Positions 45,735-55,641 of a stretch of 59,566 nt of DNA are shown piece after piece. Under the pieces are notes generated by a model. The model had not been told where the DNA came from, made no database searches, and saw only the letters and a program-made list of their open reading frames with translations. Position 1 is the stretch's first letter, and each line of letters begins with the position of its first letter. The position numbers were made by a program, and so were the translations under genes. The stretch is from a virus (lineage: Duplodnaviria; Caudoviricetes), in the IMG/VR virus record IMGVR_UViG_3300015263_001819, positions 1-59,566 of that record; one strand, given 5' to 3'.

Positions 45735-46598
45735 TCAGCCGTCGGCGTCGCGCGCGTCGAGGTACTTCCGGTAGTGCGCCGGGAGCCCCGCCGAGCATCC
45801 CTTGACGATGTCCTTCCAGATCTTCGGCCACAACGCGTCGCGGATCTCGGCCTCGGACTCTTCGGTCAAGTCGCGGGCGTGCTCGCGCATGAGCGCCCCG
45901 ACGTCGCGCATCGAGAACTCCAAGTCGCCCGCTTCGCGGAGGTGCTGGATGCACTTGTCCCAATGCGCCTCGGTGCCGTACTGCGTGATGTAGTCATGCA
46001 CGGACGACGTCTTCGGCGGCTTTTGCCCGGTCTTCTCGAGGAAGGCCTTACCGACCCACTTCGCTTTCGCCCGGTCGGCCCCGCCGCCGACGCGTTTGAT
46101 GACGATGCCCTCGCGCGGGCCGCCGAGCATGGACGGCCCCTCGACTAGCTTCTCGAGGTCCGAGGACGTGTAGAGCCCGGTGGGGGCGATGAGCGGGACG
46201 ACCTCGAGGCCTAGCTCGTCGGCGAGGGCTTCCACAGACACTCGATCGAAGTAGCCACCGTCGAGCTGCGCGTCGAAGACGACAAGCCCAGCGGCTGGCG
46301 CTCGCTCGTAGGTGAGCTTGTTGTGGCGTGGTGCGCACACTGCCTCGGCGCGTACGGTCAAACCCGGCTCGAACTTCGGGGCGAGCGCCCGGGCCGTCTC
46401 GACCGCCTTACGGAAGAGCTTGTCGGTCGTGTTCCAATCCAGCAAACCGCCGCGCGAGGCGCACCACACGACCCCGTCCGGCGACTTGCCGAAGGAGAAT
46501 TGCGAGCCGTCGATCTTCTCCTCGACGTAGACCGGCTCCCGAAGGATGTCCGAGACCTCGCGCTTGCCGATGTGAATGACTTTGCCGTAGCTCTCCAT
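45735..46598 (-). CDS. RNA ligase (Rnl2-like nucleotidyltransferase)
   Basis: EEKIDGSQ, AEA, VVFD, VVP, REGIVIK, KAKWV...F.E. Confidence 0.85.
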   Translation of the reverse strand: MESYGKVIHIGKREVSDILREPVYVEEKIDGSQFSFGKSPDGVVWCASRGGLLDWNTTDKLFRKAVETARALAPKFEPGLTVRAEAVCAPRHNKLTYERAPAAGLVVFDAQLDGGYFDRVSVEALADELGLEVVPLIAPTGLYTSSDLEKLVEGPSMLGGPREGIVIKRVGGGADRAKAKWVGKAFLEKTGQKPPKTSSVHDYITQYGTEAHWDKCIQHLREAGDLEFSMRDVGALMREHARDLTEESEAEIRDALWPKIWKDIVKGCSAGLPAHYRKYLDARDADG

Positions 46599-46601
46599 GC
46601 G

Positions 46602-47723
46602 TCAACCCTCGTCGTCGTTAGAGACGACCAAAAACGAATCGTGGTCGGCGAAGATCGCCGAGAAGACCGCCATCGACGCTTTGACCGGATCGGCGGGGTT
46701 CATGCCCATCGCCTCGCGTACGCGCCGCTCGACGTACGCGTCGATCGGTGGTGGCGAGTACAAATCCAAGCCCTCCCCGGGGAACTTCGCCGCGAAGGCG
46801 GCGCGGAAGGCGTCTCGATGGGCGTAGTCGTCTAGGTCGACGTCCCATTCTCCGGGGTCGGCGTAGTAGCGGTAGTCGACGACGTGCTCGTGCGTGGACA
46901 GCCACGCTTCGACGTCGACGTACGTCGAGGGAACGATCGGTTTCCCGAAGAAATCCACGGGGGTACGCTCAGCGTCTCGCACCGCCTTGGCCGTAAGCTC
47001 CAAATCGTCGAGGATGTTGGCTGACGGTGACGACCACCCGGACTGGGTACTAGGCTCCGGAGCGTACGCCAGCGGCGCCGTGTATTCCAGCGACGCCGAA
47101 CGGTACGAGTTCTTCGAGGTGTAGTAGCCTTTCTCGTCGAACGTGACGTCTTCTTCGACGCGATCACCGTTCACGTCGGTTCCGACGATCCGGACGGCGG
47201 ACGAGCCAACGGGTACGTCGCTCGCCGGGACTCTAAAGCGCGGCTTCGCGAAGTACTCCTCGAGGGCGTCTTGGATGCGCGCCCGGAGCGCGGCGTCGTA
47301 TTCGCCGACGTAGTAACGCGCCGGAGTTTCGATTACGTACTCGTCATGCAGGAAGTGGCCCACTTCCTTTTCGGCTTCGGTGTAAGTCAACACGCCGGCG
47401 TCGATGAGCGCCTGGAACTCGGCGAGCTTCTCGGCGGCCGGGCGGGGGGAGTGCGTCTTGCACGGGACGTCGACGCGTGACGGCCAATCCGCGATCGCGT
47501 TCCCGTAGCCCGCGGCGGCGGGCGGGCTCCCTATCAACGCCGGCGGCTCGTACATGCCGTGCTGGATTGGCGACGTCTCGAAGTCGAAGGCCTTGGTGCC
47601 TACGCGGATCGATTTGATCACCGCGTTGACGACCGGTGTCTTCGGCGGCTCACAATACGGGCACGGCGAGTCGGCGTCGTGGTGTCCGTGCCACTCGGAC
47701 TTCGCGCATTGGATGAGAGTCAT
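46602..47723 (-). CDS. Mosaic hypothetical protein
   Basis: SD aaagga; contains short segments resembling other phage proteins. Confidence 0.75.
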   Translation of the reverse strand: MTLIQCAKSEWHGHHDADSPCPYCEPPKTPVVNAVIKSIRVGTKAFDFETSPIQHGMYEPPALIGSPPAAAGYGNAIADWPSRVDVPCKTHSPRPAAEKLAEFQALIDAGVLTYTEAEKEVGHFLHDEYVIETPARYYVGEYDAALRARIQDALEEYFAKPRFRVPASDVPVGSSAVRIVGTDVNGDRVEEDVTFDEKGYYTSKNSYRSASLEYTAPLAYAPEPSTQSGWSSPSANILDDLELTAKAVRDAERTPVDFFGKPIVPSTYVDVEAWLSTHEHVVDYRYYADPGEWDVDLDDYAHRDAFRAAFAAKFPGEGLDLYSPPPIDAYVERRVREAMGMNPADPVKASMAVFSAIFADHDSFLVVSNDDEG

Positions 47724-48280
47724 TTCGCTTTCCTTTCGATCGCTTGGAGCGGTTGGAACGCTCGGTCGATGGCGTCGGCCGCGCGACCGATGGCACGGGA
47801 CCCGCTTCTTCCGTCGTAGCCGCACATTCGGAGATGATGCCGGATGTCGCGGAGTTCGTCAAGCCCTTTGCGGTACGCGAAGCCGGCCTCGGCGATGATC
47901 TTCGCGACCTCGGCATGCCTCTCGGCTTGGGCGCGGATGCGGTCGTTCGCCGTCGCTAAGGCGGTTTCGTACTCGCGCTCGCGCCCGGCGGCTCGGGCAG
48001 CGAGCTTTTGGGTCGCGTCGACGGTGCGCTTGAGGGCGTTCTTCGCCTTGGAGAGCGCCTCGACATCCTCGACGTGTTGAAGCTCGAGGGCGGCGATGCG
48101 CTCCTCGAGCCGGCCGATCCGCCACTCCGCGGTCTTCGCCGCGACGCGCGCCGCGAGCGCGAAGACGACCGTCTCGTACTCCTCGACGCTACGAGCGCGG
48201 CCGAGGGACGAGATTTCGTCGCGTAGCGTTCGCCGGCGCGTTTCGAGGCGGTCTAGGGTTTCTTCTTCGTGGGTCTTCAT
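47720..48280 (-). CDS. Coiled-coil protein
   Basis: Heptad-rich; starts MKTHEE. Confidence 0.7.
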   Translation of the reverse strand: MKTHEEETLDRLETRRRTLRDEISSLGRARSVEEYETVVFALAARVAAKTAEWRIGRLEERIAALELQHVEDVEALSKAKNALKRTVDATQKLAARAAGREREYETALATANDRIRAQAERHAEVAKIIAEAGFAYRKGLDELRDIRHHLRMCGYDGRSGSRAIGRAADAIDRAFQPLQAIERKAK

Positions 48281-48456
48281 GGTTCACCCTCTAGAACTAC
48301 GCACCAAAAGTACGAGTCGCCGTCTTCGAGTCGGCTTTCGGCATCGGCTATTGCTGAACGGTAGTGGTCGATTTGTTCGAGCATCTCCGTCAGTGAGGTT
48401 CTAAGCGCCGAGACCTCGGACTCTAGTTCGCGTATGCGCTCTTCGTGGGTCTTCAT
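48277..48456 (-). CDS. Small coiled-coil protein
   Basis: Also starts MKTHEE; ATGA coupling. Confidence 0.65.
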   Translation of the reverse strand: MKTHEERIRELESEVSALRTSLTEMLEQIDHYRSAIADAESRLEDGDSYFWCVVLEGEP

Positions 48457-48770
48457 CGTCCTTTGCCTTTCGCCTGCGGGGAGGCCCACCACGCCTCGGC
48501 CAACGCCACCTTCGCGCGGTCGAGGAAGTCTTCGCGCTCGTCGTCATCGAAGCACCCGTCGCCGTGTGGGTGGTCGAGCAGCACCACCGGAGCGTCGAGC
48601 AGATCGTCGGTTTCGTAGGTGTACTTTACACGAAACACCCCGTAACGAAGACGCAAGTAACCTATCGCGCGAGCGCCGTAGTAGGCGTCGTATTGCTCGG
48701 GGCACGCTTCGCACGTCCGCTCGAGACGGATGGCGTCCGCCGTCTTGCGGATCTTCTTCGGGCTCGTCAT
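48453..48770 (-). CDS. Hypothetical phage protein
   Basis: TC.ACPEQYD...GYLRLRYG motif; SD ggaggt. Confidence 0.7.
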   Translation of the reverse strand: MTSPKKIRKTADAIRLERTCEACPEQYDAYYGARAIGYLRLRYGVFRVKYTYETDDLLDAPVVLLDHPHGDGCFDDDEREDFLDRAKVALAEAWWASPQAKGKGR

Positions 48771-48958
48771 ACCGTACCTCCTCGGATGTACGCGTAGACG
48801 ATCGGCGCAATCCGGTCTCGCCACGCCTTCGAGTAGAAGACCAAGCGCTCGCCTTTCCCACTGCAAAGCAGACAAGGCTCTTCACCGTCCTCTCGAATGC
48901 CTACCCCGTGGCAGTCTACGCACTCCTCTAGACGCATCTCAGGCTTCGGGTTTGTCAT
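48767..48958 (-). CDS. Small zinc-finger protein
   Basis: CVDCHGVG and CLLCSGKG. Confidence 0.6.
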   Translation of the reverse strand: MTNPKPEMRLEECVDCHGVGIREDGEEPCLLCSGKGERLVFYSKAWRDRIAPIVYAYIRGGTV

Positions 48959-49122
48959 ACGTGCTCCGGTGTGAGTATCAAGCTCGCTTGGCACAACCCC
49001 GCGATCGCCGTCGCGGCTAGCGGCGGGCATCCGACGTACGTGTAGCCGAAGAAGATCGCGGCGTTGATAGCCACGGTGCCGAGCAAGAAGATGACGTACG
49101 GGATGACGGCTACTGGTTTCAT
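48955..49122 (-). CDS. Small membrane protein
   Basis: Two hydrophobic segments; ATGA coupling. Confidence 0.5.
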   Translation of the reverse strand: MKPVAVIPYVIFLLGTVAINAAIFFGYTYVGCPPLAATAIAGLCQASLILTPEHV

Positions 49123-49358
49123 GGCCGGCTCACGCACACGACCTCGCCGTTCACGATGGCGGGCGTTCCGTGAGCGCACTTCGTGCGCGCGAGGGTGCAC
49201 TCCTCGGGTGGCATGGCGGCGAAGGCCTCCTTCGCTGCTTGGCGCTCTTTAGTGCTGCCGATGACCACCCCTAGGCTCAGGCACGCTATCGCCGTGATGA
49301 ACACGGAAAAAACCAACATGCCTATGTGGGTACGCATGTCAACATCACATTCGCTCAC
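49119..49358 (-). CDS. Small membrane protein
   Basis: One hydrophobic helix; SD aggaggt. Confidence 0.6.
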   Translation of the reverse strand: MSECDVDMRTHIGMLVFSVFITAIACLSLGVVIGSTKERQAAKEAFAAMPPEECTLARTKCAHGTPAIVNGEVVCVSRP

Positions 49359-49418
49359 TAGAACCTCCTAGCCGTCACCCTAGCCCACTAGGCGTCGTAT
49401 GTCGAGTGCTAAACGCCG

Positions 49419-51536
49419 CTACGCAGCTTCTTCGTACGGGATGAGTTCGCCGTTTCGGTAGACCGGATCGCCGGCGGCCTTCGACCACCGATACGACGCC
49501 GCGGGCAGCGCCGAGAAATACAAATCCGGGCAGTACTCCTTAGCGGTGCTGATCATGATGCGAGCCATCTCGTTACCGGCTTCGTGGATGAGCTCGCGGG
49601 GTACTTCGTAGAGCCATTCGTCATGGATGAACGCCAATGGTCGGCACCCGTACAACGGCGACCGTCGGTTCTCGTACGCCGCCTCGACTAGGCGCCATCC
49701 GGCTGCCGTGGCGATGTCCGCGGCGAGGCCTTGGAACATCCCGTTTGCCGCGTCGCAAAAGCCCACGTCGCCGCGCAGGCGCTTGGAAACGAATTGCTCG
49801 ATGGTCGCCCGCGCGCCGTACCGACCGCCGAGGAGGTCTTGTGAGACCCAATCGAGGTACGGTTGCGACTCGGCGTAGATCTCCCGCCACACCCGGCACG
49901 CGAGTTCGGCTTCCTCAATCGAGATAGTGACGCCGTAGGACTTGAAGCAATAATCCACGAGTCGCGCCGCACCCATCCCGCCGGGCAAGCCGAAGTTCGG
50001 CCCCTTCGCGAGCCCGCGAAGCTTCTTTAGCCACGTCTTTTCGTCCTTCGTCCCCTTCTTCCACCGGTAGGCTTCCTCGACCGAGACGTGCTCGCCATGC
50101 TCGTTCTTCCACAACCGCGCGCCCATCTCGATGTGAGGGCACCGCGCCGGGTCGTTGAGGATCTCGCGCAAGTCCGAATAGCCGAGCACCCAAAAGCACA
50201 CTTGCGCCCACGTCCGAAGCTCGAACGAGTCGTAGTCCACCGAGACGATGCACCACTTCGGCCGGACGATCGTATTCAACGCGTCGGAGAACGTCAAACC
50301 CCGGGCGCGTTGCTCGTGGATGAACCGCGCCACGTCTCGGGCGATGAAGCACTCGCGCGTTCCGGGCTTGTGCGTCTCCTTGCCCGTCGTCGGGTCGATG
50401 AGCTTGATATCCCGTAGTTGGTTTTGCATTTGCATGCCGTAGGACGACCACGGCTCTCCGGGCGCCGGATCGTCGCCTTGGCGGGACGACGTTCGGCCGG
50501 TGTTCACGACGGGGTTGTACGAGCACTGGATGGGCTTGCCGGCCTCGGCCGCGCGCACGAGCCTAAGCACCTTCGACATCGTCGTAGAGGCTTGGGTGAA
50601 CTCCCGGTAGTCCTCGAGCAGCGGGTCTTTCAGCTCCCGAAGCGTGTCCGCGTCTAGTTTGATGTTGCCCTCGGTGAGCCCCTTCTCGAGCATCTTCTCG
50701 GTCGGAGCGCCGCGCGGGACATCGCGCCCCGTCCGGCGGCACACCTCGACGACGAGCGCCTCGGCCGCCTTCTTGTCCTTCTGAACGAACATCTCACCTT
50801 TGCGCTTTACCCACCGTGCTAGCCCGTGCTTCAAGATCGAGGCTTGCGCTTGGTCGATGCGTGCGGCAGTATCGGCGGCGAGTTCCCGGGCTTGGTGTAT
50901 GTCGACCGCGAAGCCCCAACACGACGTGAGGTGAAGCGAGACCGACGTCTTGAGTTTGTTGTGTTGGTCGATGAGGTACTGCGGATCGACTTGCTCTTGG
51001 CGGAAGTAGACGTCTCGCGTCGCGACGTCGCCGAGGGCGTACTCGACCGCCTCCGCCGGCCACTCCGTGATCGGCTTGCCGTAGAGCGTCCCATAGCGCG
51101 TACGCCACGGCGACTTCTTGTCGAGCATGATCGGGAGCCGCCAATACTCGCACACGTCATCGAGCGCGTACGTAAGGTTCTTGAGCCGCGCGTCATCGCC
51201 GCGCCCGATGCGGATGAGCTTGTCGCGGATGTACGTGCACCGGATGCGACCCTCCCGCAGGGCTTGGAAGATGAGCGGCGTCCACTCCGGGCGCCACGCC
51301 ATCATTACGCCGACCTCGAACGCGGCGTTGTGCGCCACCATCACGACGTTCGGGTCGCGTAGGCACTTCTCGAGCAACGACGGCAAGAACGGCGTCCACG
51401 CCGGCACGAGCTTCGGCGCATCGCGGTCGAAGGCGTACGCGCAACACACCGGCGGCGGGGCGAGCGCGCCGGGCTGGATCGGGAAGGTCTCAAAGTCGAA
51501 GAAGAAGTACCTAGTTCGGGGAGCGCGAGCGGACAC
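49419..51536 (-). CDS. polA: Family A DNA polymerase with 3'-5' exonuclease
   Basis: Exo DFET, AHNAAFE, YALGD; TGRTSS, QN; motif A DYDSFELR, motif B R..AK..NF, motif C IHDE. Confidence 0.96.
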   Translation of the reverse strand: MSARAPRTRYFFFDFETFPIQPGALAPPPVCCAYAFDRDAPKLVPAWTPFLPSLLEKCLRDPNVVMVAHNAAFEVGVMMAWRPEWTPLIFQALREGRIRCTYIRDKLIRIGRGDDARLKNLTYALDDVCEYWRLPIMLDKKSPWRTRYGTLYGKPITEWPAEAVEYALGDVATRDVYFRQEQVDPQYLIDQHNKLKTSVSLHLTSCWGFAVDIHQARELAADTAARIDQAQASILKHGLARWVKRKGEMFVQKDKKAAEALVVEVCRRTGRDVPRGAPTEKMLEKGLTEGNIKLDADTLRELKDPLLEDYREFTQASTTMSKVLRLVRAAEAGKPIQCSYNPVVNTGRTSSRQGDDPAPGEPWSSYGMQMQNQLRDIKLIDPTTGKETHKPGTRECFIARDVARFIHEQRARGLTFSDALNTIVRPKWCIVSVDYDSFELRTWAQVCFWVLGYSDLREILNDPARCPHIEMGARLWKNEHGEHVSVEEAYRWKKGTKDEKTWLKKLRGLAKGPNFGLPGGMGAARLVDYCFKSYGVTISIEEAELACRVWREIYAESQPYLDWVSQDLLGGRYGARATIEQFVSKRLRGDVGFCDAANGMFQGLAADIATAAGWRLVEAAYENRRSPLYGCRPLAFIHDEWLYEVPRELIHEAGNEMARIMISTAKEYCPDLYFSALPAASYRWSKAAGDPVYRNGELIPYEEAA

Positions 51537-51894
51537 GGTTCACCTGACGGGCGAGGAGTTCTTCTTCGTTTCGAGCGCACCACTCCAGTACCGCGGCGTA
51601 ATGCGGGTACTGGCGGTCCATGATGTTGAACGCGGCGTCATGTTCGTGGAAGCCGAGGGCGTGGACCATCTCGTGGTGGATGGTCGACATGACCACGATG
51701 TCGGGCACCCACGGGTCGCGAAGTACCGGGTTTAGGGCGATGTGCTTCGCATCGATGTAGCACCTAGCGAAGACGATGTGACGCTTGGAGCGTGTGCGTA
51801 GCGTCCACCCGATGGACCACTCCGAAAGCGAGTCGGAGAAAAAGACGCGGTCGAGCGCGGCCTTCGACTCCTCCAGCCACGCTCGGTCTCTCAT
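51511..51894 (-). CDS. SprT/WLM-like zinc metallopeptidase
   Basis: I.LNP.L, HHEMVH, HD..F. Confidence 0.75.
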   Translation of the reverse strand: MRDRAWLEESKAALDRVFFSDSLSEWSIGWTLRTRSKRHIVFARCYIDAKHIALNPVLRDPWVPDIVVMSTIHHEMVHALGFHEHDAAFNIMDRQYPHYAAVLEWCARNEEELLARQVNRVRSRSPN

Positions 51895-52607
51895 TCGACG
51901 ACCACCAACGGCAGTCCACGATGCGGATGCACGTAGGATGTTTCGTGCACGTAGAAGCCCTCCGCGTCTTTGAGTTTCACGCCGAGAGAGAGGGCTTTGG
52001 ATACTTCATCCGGGTCACCGCACTCGATGGCTTCGCGGTCCAAGTAGTGGTCTGGCCATTCGATGACGTCCGTGGTGGACAGCAAGTTCCCCACTGACAG
52101 ACGGGAGCCGTACGCAGTACGGACTACACAACCTGCAAACAGCAGATCGTCTACGGCAAACCCTGGCGTATGGCGCCACTTCCACGCGTAGCGCTTCGCC
52201 GGCGGCGGGTTCTCGGGGGTGTGGACTTCGGCCGCGGCCCGGAGCGCCGCTAGATGCGCGACCGTCTCCCGGAGGCGCTCGGATTCTTCCGAGGCCTTCC
52301 CTGGGCGCATGCGGTTGTCCTCCATCGTGCCATTGATTTGCGCATCGAGCACGATCATCAAACTCGCCGCGGCATGGGCGAGGTTGTGCACGTGCGAGTC
52401 CGAGGCGCACTCCTCGCCGTCGAGCCAATTGGCGATGTGGCGCATCGCCGCGGCGCAGTACGAACGGGCCTCGACGGGGATCTCCCGCCAGTTCCCCGGG
52501 CCGTATTTGAGCCCCGACATCATCGCCACCGCAATGTGCATGAGCGCGGTGGGCGGCACGAGTGAGAGGTCCGGCTTGGCAGCGCCGGCGATGTCCTTCG
52601 GGTTCAT
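51891..52607 (-). CDS. dATP/dGTP diphosphohydrolase-domain protein (DUF5664-like) with C-terminal extension
   Basis: NPKD..G..K..LSLVP, KYG..NWR, AAMRH, DS..HNLAHA.A motifs. Confidence 0.85.
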   Translation of the reverse strand: MNPKDIAGAAKPDLSLVPPTALMHIAVAMMSGLKYGPGNWREIPVEARSYCAAAMRHIANWLDGEECASDSHVHNLAHAAASLMIVLDAQINGTMEDNRMRPGKASEESERLRETVAHLAALRAAAEVHTPENPPPAKRYAWKWRHTPGFAVDDLLFAGCVVRTAYGSRLSVGNLLSTTDVIEWPDHYLDREAIECGDPDEVSKALSLGVKLKDAEGFYVHETSYVHPHRGLPLVVVE

Positions 52608-53167
52608 CGTACGGCCCCCACGACCGAAGACGCCGCCGCGCGACGGAACCACCGCCACACCGCTTGCGCCTCGGCGAGTTCGTTCTCGCAGTCCGGCATC
52701 GACCGATGTGGCACTCCGGCGTGCGGGTAGGCGATGTCGATGACCGCGCCGGCGGCCTTCGCCTTTCGGAGCTGCGCGCCGGTATCGTCGACTCGGTGCG
52801 ACATCAACGTCGCCGCCCGGGGTAGGTCCTTCCGGCAGAACTCGAGATCGAAGTGTTTGGACCGACCGACGAGCACGACCGACTTTTCGCCGACGTTCGG
52901 GCCGAGCGACTTCAACCAATCGAAGAGTTCGTTATCAACGTCGATCGGCGTGCGGCCTTCGCCGCGGTCGAGCGCCGCGAGGAGACCGTTCTTCTCGTGC
53001 ATGTCGAGCGCGATCGGGTCGCGGAATTCTTCTCGGTTCGCGTCGACGATCGCGTGGAAGCGCGCGACTTCTTCGTAGTCGTCGTTGACGGCGATGGCGC
53101 CGACTTCGACGACGTAGTCGTACTCGTAGTCGAGCCCTGTGGTTTCTAGGTCTAGAACAACTTTCAT
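52604..53167 (-). CDS. DEDDh 3'-5' exonuclease (oligoribonuclease-like)
   Basis: LDLETTGLD, MHEKNGL, HFD..F, HR.D, HRSMPD. Confidence 0.88.
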   Translation of the reverse strand: MKVVLDLETTGLDYEYDYVVEVGAIAVNDDYEEVARFHAIVDANREEFRDPIALDMHEKNGLLAALDRGEGRTPIDVDNELFDWLKSLGPNVGEKSVVLVGRSKHFDLEFCRKDLPRAATLMSHRVDDTGAQLRKAKAAGAVIDIAYPHAGVPHRSMPDCENELAEAQAVWRWFRRAAASSVVGAVR

Positions 53168-53463
53168 CGCACCGTCTCCTTCAACAACTCCATCGGGAAC
53201 AAATCCCGCAGCTTTTGCTCGGCCATTCGCGACAACACCGTCACGAAGACCTCGTCCATGTCCACGTTCAATCCTCCTGGATTGGGCGGATCGAAGTCCA
53301 CTACGCACACGTTTCCGTAGTCGTACACGCCCTCGACGACTCGAATCGACGCGTCGTTGCGAACAAGCGCTATGATCGTGAAGTGGTGCCACCACCCGTG
53401 CTCGCCTTTGTCGGACCCGACCCACGTCATGTCCATCAACCGAACCGCTTTATGTCGCTTCAT
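53164..53463 (-). CDS. Hypothetical protein
   Basis: SD aaggaggt. Confidence 0.65.
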   Translation of the reverse strand: MKRHKAVRLMDMTWVGSDKGEHGWWHHFTIIALVRNDASIRVVEGVYDYGNVCVVDFDPPNPGGLNVDMDEVFVTVLSRMAEQKLRDLFPMELLKETVR

Positions 53464-53475
53464 CGCATACCTCCT

Positions 53476-53778
53476 TTACGCTTTGAACCAAACCGGCGGA
53501 TCTCCGTATCCGACCGCTCCCGGCGTATGCCTTACGCTGTCTCCGCATACTTGACTCGCATCTACCGTTATGCTCTCCGAGTCTCGGCAATTCTGCACGC
53601 GGACAATCAGCGAACGTCCATCGCCTCCAACCAACGTAGCCAGCACAGCTCCGTCTCTAATGTGGCCGATCCACTCCACCACTGAAACCGAACTTCCATA
53701 CGCCGTCGCGATCGTCACGACTCTCTCGGAAGAGAACAACGCATCGGTGACTTCAGCTTTCACCCAAATCTTGGTCAT
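53476..53778 (-). CDS. Hypothetical protein
   Basis: SD aaggaggt; ATGA coupling. Confidence 0.65.
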   Translation of the reverse strand: MTKIWVKAEVTDALFSSERVVTIATAYGSSVSVVEWIGHIRDGAVLATLVGGDGRSLIVRVQNCRDSESITVDASQVCGDSVRHTPGAVGYGDPPVWFKA

Positions 53779-55121
53779 CGCATACCTCCTTTGTAACGCT
53801 TGCCGACGAAGATGACGATTTGACGCTTGCCGTCTTCGTACAGCGGACAACATGCTTGAACCCACGAAGAAGGCAAGCCGTTATAGCGGTGGTCGAGCGC
53901 CGAGCCGACGCCGACGCGGAAGAAACCGTCGCGAATCCACGGCGTGTGTGAGTGCGCGCCCGTGACCTTCACGCCCATTCGTACGTACGTGAGCACCGAT
54001 GCTCGCGCACCGTTCGCCCCTCGGTCGGCGTGGAAGCCGTGCTCGACGCCCCGCACGCGGAACGAGTCCCCACGCCGAAGGAAGTCGACGTTCTTCGGCA
54101 CCCCCAACCGGCGGCACTCAAGCGCGAGCATGTCCGGCCACGACCCATGAGCCTCACGGTAGTCGTACGCGCGCGCCCACGCCCGGCAAAAGTACGGGTC
54201 GTTGCGCGGGTCGCGGTCGCGGCGGTGTTCGTCTAGCCACCGTTCGAAGTGCTCGTCGTGGTTCGAGCGGACGACCTTCACCCGCGGCACTTTAGTCGAG
54301 ACGTCGGTCAAGTACGCCGCGACGCGCTCGACTTCGTTCTCGACCGAGAGCGGGTGGCGATCGTACCACTCCCGGTGCGTGCGGATATGGTGGTTGCGCG
54401 CGAACATGTCGAGCACGTCGTGCAGCACCAACGACGTCGGCGAGAGTTCGGCGATCAGGCGTTCGGTGGCCGCCGTAAGGTCGGCGTCTTCCCATCCGAC
54501 GTGCACATCGCCGAGCGTGAGCGTGAGCGTCTTAGCTGGGCCTAGGTCGCCCTCGGGGCCGTAGCGTCGGCCGAGGTCGATGAAGCGCCCTTGCGAGTCG
54601 GTCGAGATGTGCCGGACGAAGTACGAACCATCGCGGTCGACCTCGACGATCACCCCGCCGTAGACGTGGTGCTCGCGGGCCTTGCGCCCCGCCTTCGAGT
54701 CGGTGTAGTTCGCGCGGGTGACCGCGCCGGTGGTCCACAGGATCTTCGGCGAACGCGTCGAGGTCGGGACGACCTCGAGTGCTCGGCGAGGGTGGCCGAA
54801 GATGCCCGAAGACTTGCCGGCGAAGACCTCGAAGCCGGAGAGCGGACGCGTCGCCGTCGGCTGGATCGACATGTCGCCGAAGACGCGCAAGTTACGCGAG
54901 AGCGAGCGACATCCGTGGTCAACGTACGGCGCGATATCGGCGTGCCACCAATCATCGTCCGCGTCGCCGGCGGCCCACACCGACGTCGGGTTTTTGTAGC
55001 GCCCGGGGACGACGATGAGCTGCCCTCGGTGGTCGGAGCACCACCGTTTGAACGCCGCCAACGTCGGGGCGTGGGGCGGGGTCGCGTTTTGCGCCCACGT
55101 AACGATGTAGCGCTCGGTCAT
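53775..55121 (-). CDS. Calcineurin-like metallophosphoesterase
   Basis: GDVH, HDVLD, SNHD, FH.D.G.NG, AHSHTP; N-terminal YIVTWAQNAT domain. Confidence 0.85.
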   Translation of the reverse strand: MTERYIVTWAQNATPPHAPTLAAFKRWCSDHRGQLIVVPGRYKNPTSVWAAGDADDDWWHADIAPYVDHGCRSLSRNLRVFGDMSIQPTATRPLSGFEVFAGKSSGIFGHPRRALEVVPTSTRSPKILWTTGAVTRANYTDSKAGRKAREHHVYGGVIVEVDRDGSYFVRHISTDSQGRFIDLGRRYGPEGDLGPAKTLTLTLGDVHVGWEDADLTAATERLIAELSPTSLVLHDVLDMFARNHHIRTHREWYDRHPLSVENEVERVAAYLTDVSTKVPRVKVVRSNHDEHFERWLDEHRRDRDPRNDPYFCRAWARAYDYREAHGSWPDMLALECRRLGVPKNVDFLRRGDSFRVRGVEHGFHADRGANGARASVLTYVRMGVKVTGAHSHTPWIRDGFFRVGVGSALDHRYNGLPSSWVQACCPLYEDGKRQIVIFVGKRYKGGMR

Positions 55122-55396
55122 ACCAACCTCGCCGAGCGTTGCCACTCGTACAGGCCTTTTCTTTCGGCGATCCAATGCGTCACGGCTATCGTACCGAAAC
55201 CTTCCCGCCTTACGGCGTCCACGTCCATGAACGACGTCACTATGTGGCTCTTAGGTACCCACACTTGGCCGAGACTCGACGACAGCAACCAAGCCTTCGG
55301 CGTCTCGTGCACTAGACGCGCATCGAAAACGACAGGCTCCTCTTCGGCCGCGCCTGGATCAAAGTCTAGAAAATCGTGGTAGTCTAGTGCGCCCAT
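55118..55396 (-). CDS. Small phage protein
   Basis: HETPKAWL...WVPKS...W.A..KGL motif. Confidence 0.7.
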   Translation of the reverse strand: MGALDYHDFLDFDPGAAEEEPVVFDARLVHETPKAWLLSSSLGQVWVPKSHIVTSFMDVDAVRREGFGTIAVTHWIAERKGLYEWQRSARLV

Positions 55397-55641
55397 ACCC
55401 ACTCCCGCGGCTCAGGCTCGAACTTGGAGCACGTCGTCCGGCGAAACGGGAACGACTTGAGGTTGTCGACGCCGCCTCGACCTAAGCATACGTAGTACTC
55501 AGGATGTGGAATCTCCCAAGATTCACGGTCTTTCAGCAAGTGCTTACATCGAAGGCACGAGCGGGGCAGCGGATGCACGTCCGGGGCACGCCGAGGCTTC
55601 GGCTTCTCGGGCTCGCCGAATATGTCCTCGAACGTCATCAT
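55384..55641 (-). CDS. Small Cys-rich protein
   Basis: SCLRCKH, YVC, TCSKF. Confidence 0.55.
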   Translation of the reverse strand: MMTFEDIFGEPEKPKPRRAPDVHPLPRSCLRCKHLLKDRESWEIPHPEYYVCLGRGGVDNLKSFPFRRTTCSKFEPEPREWVWAH

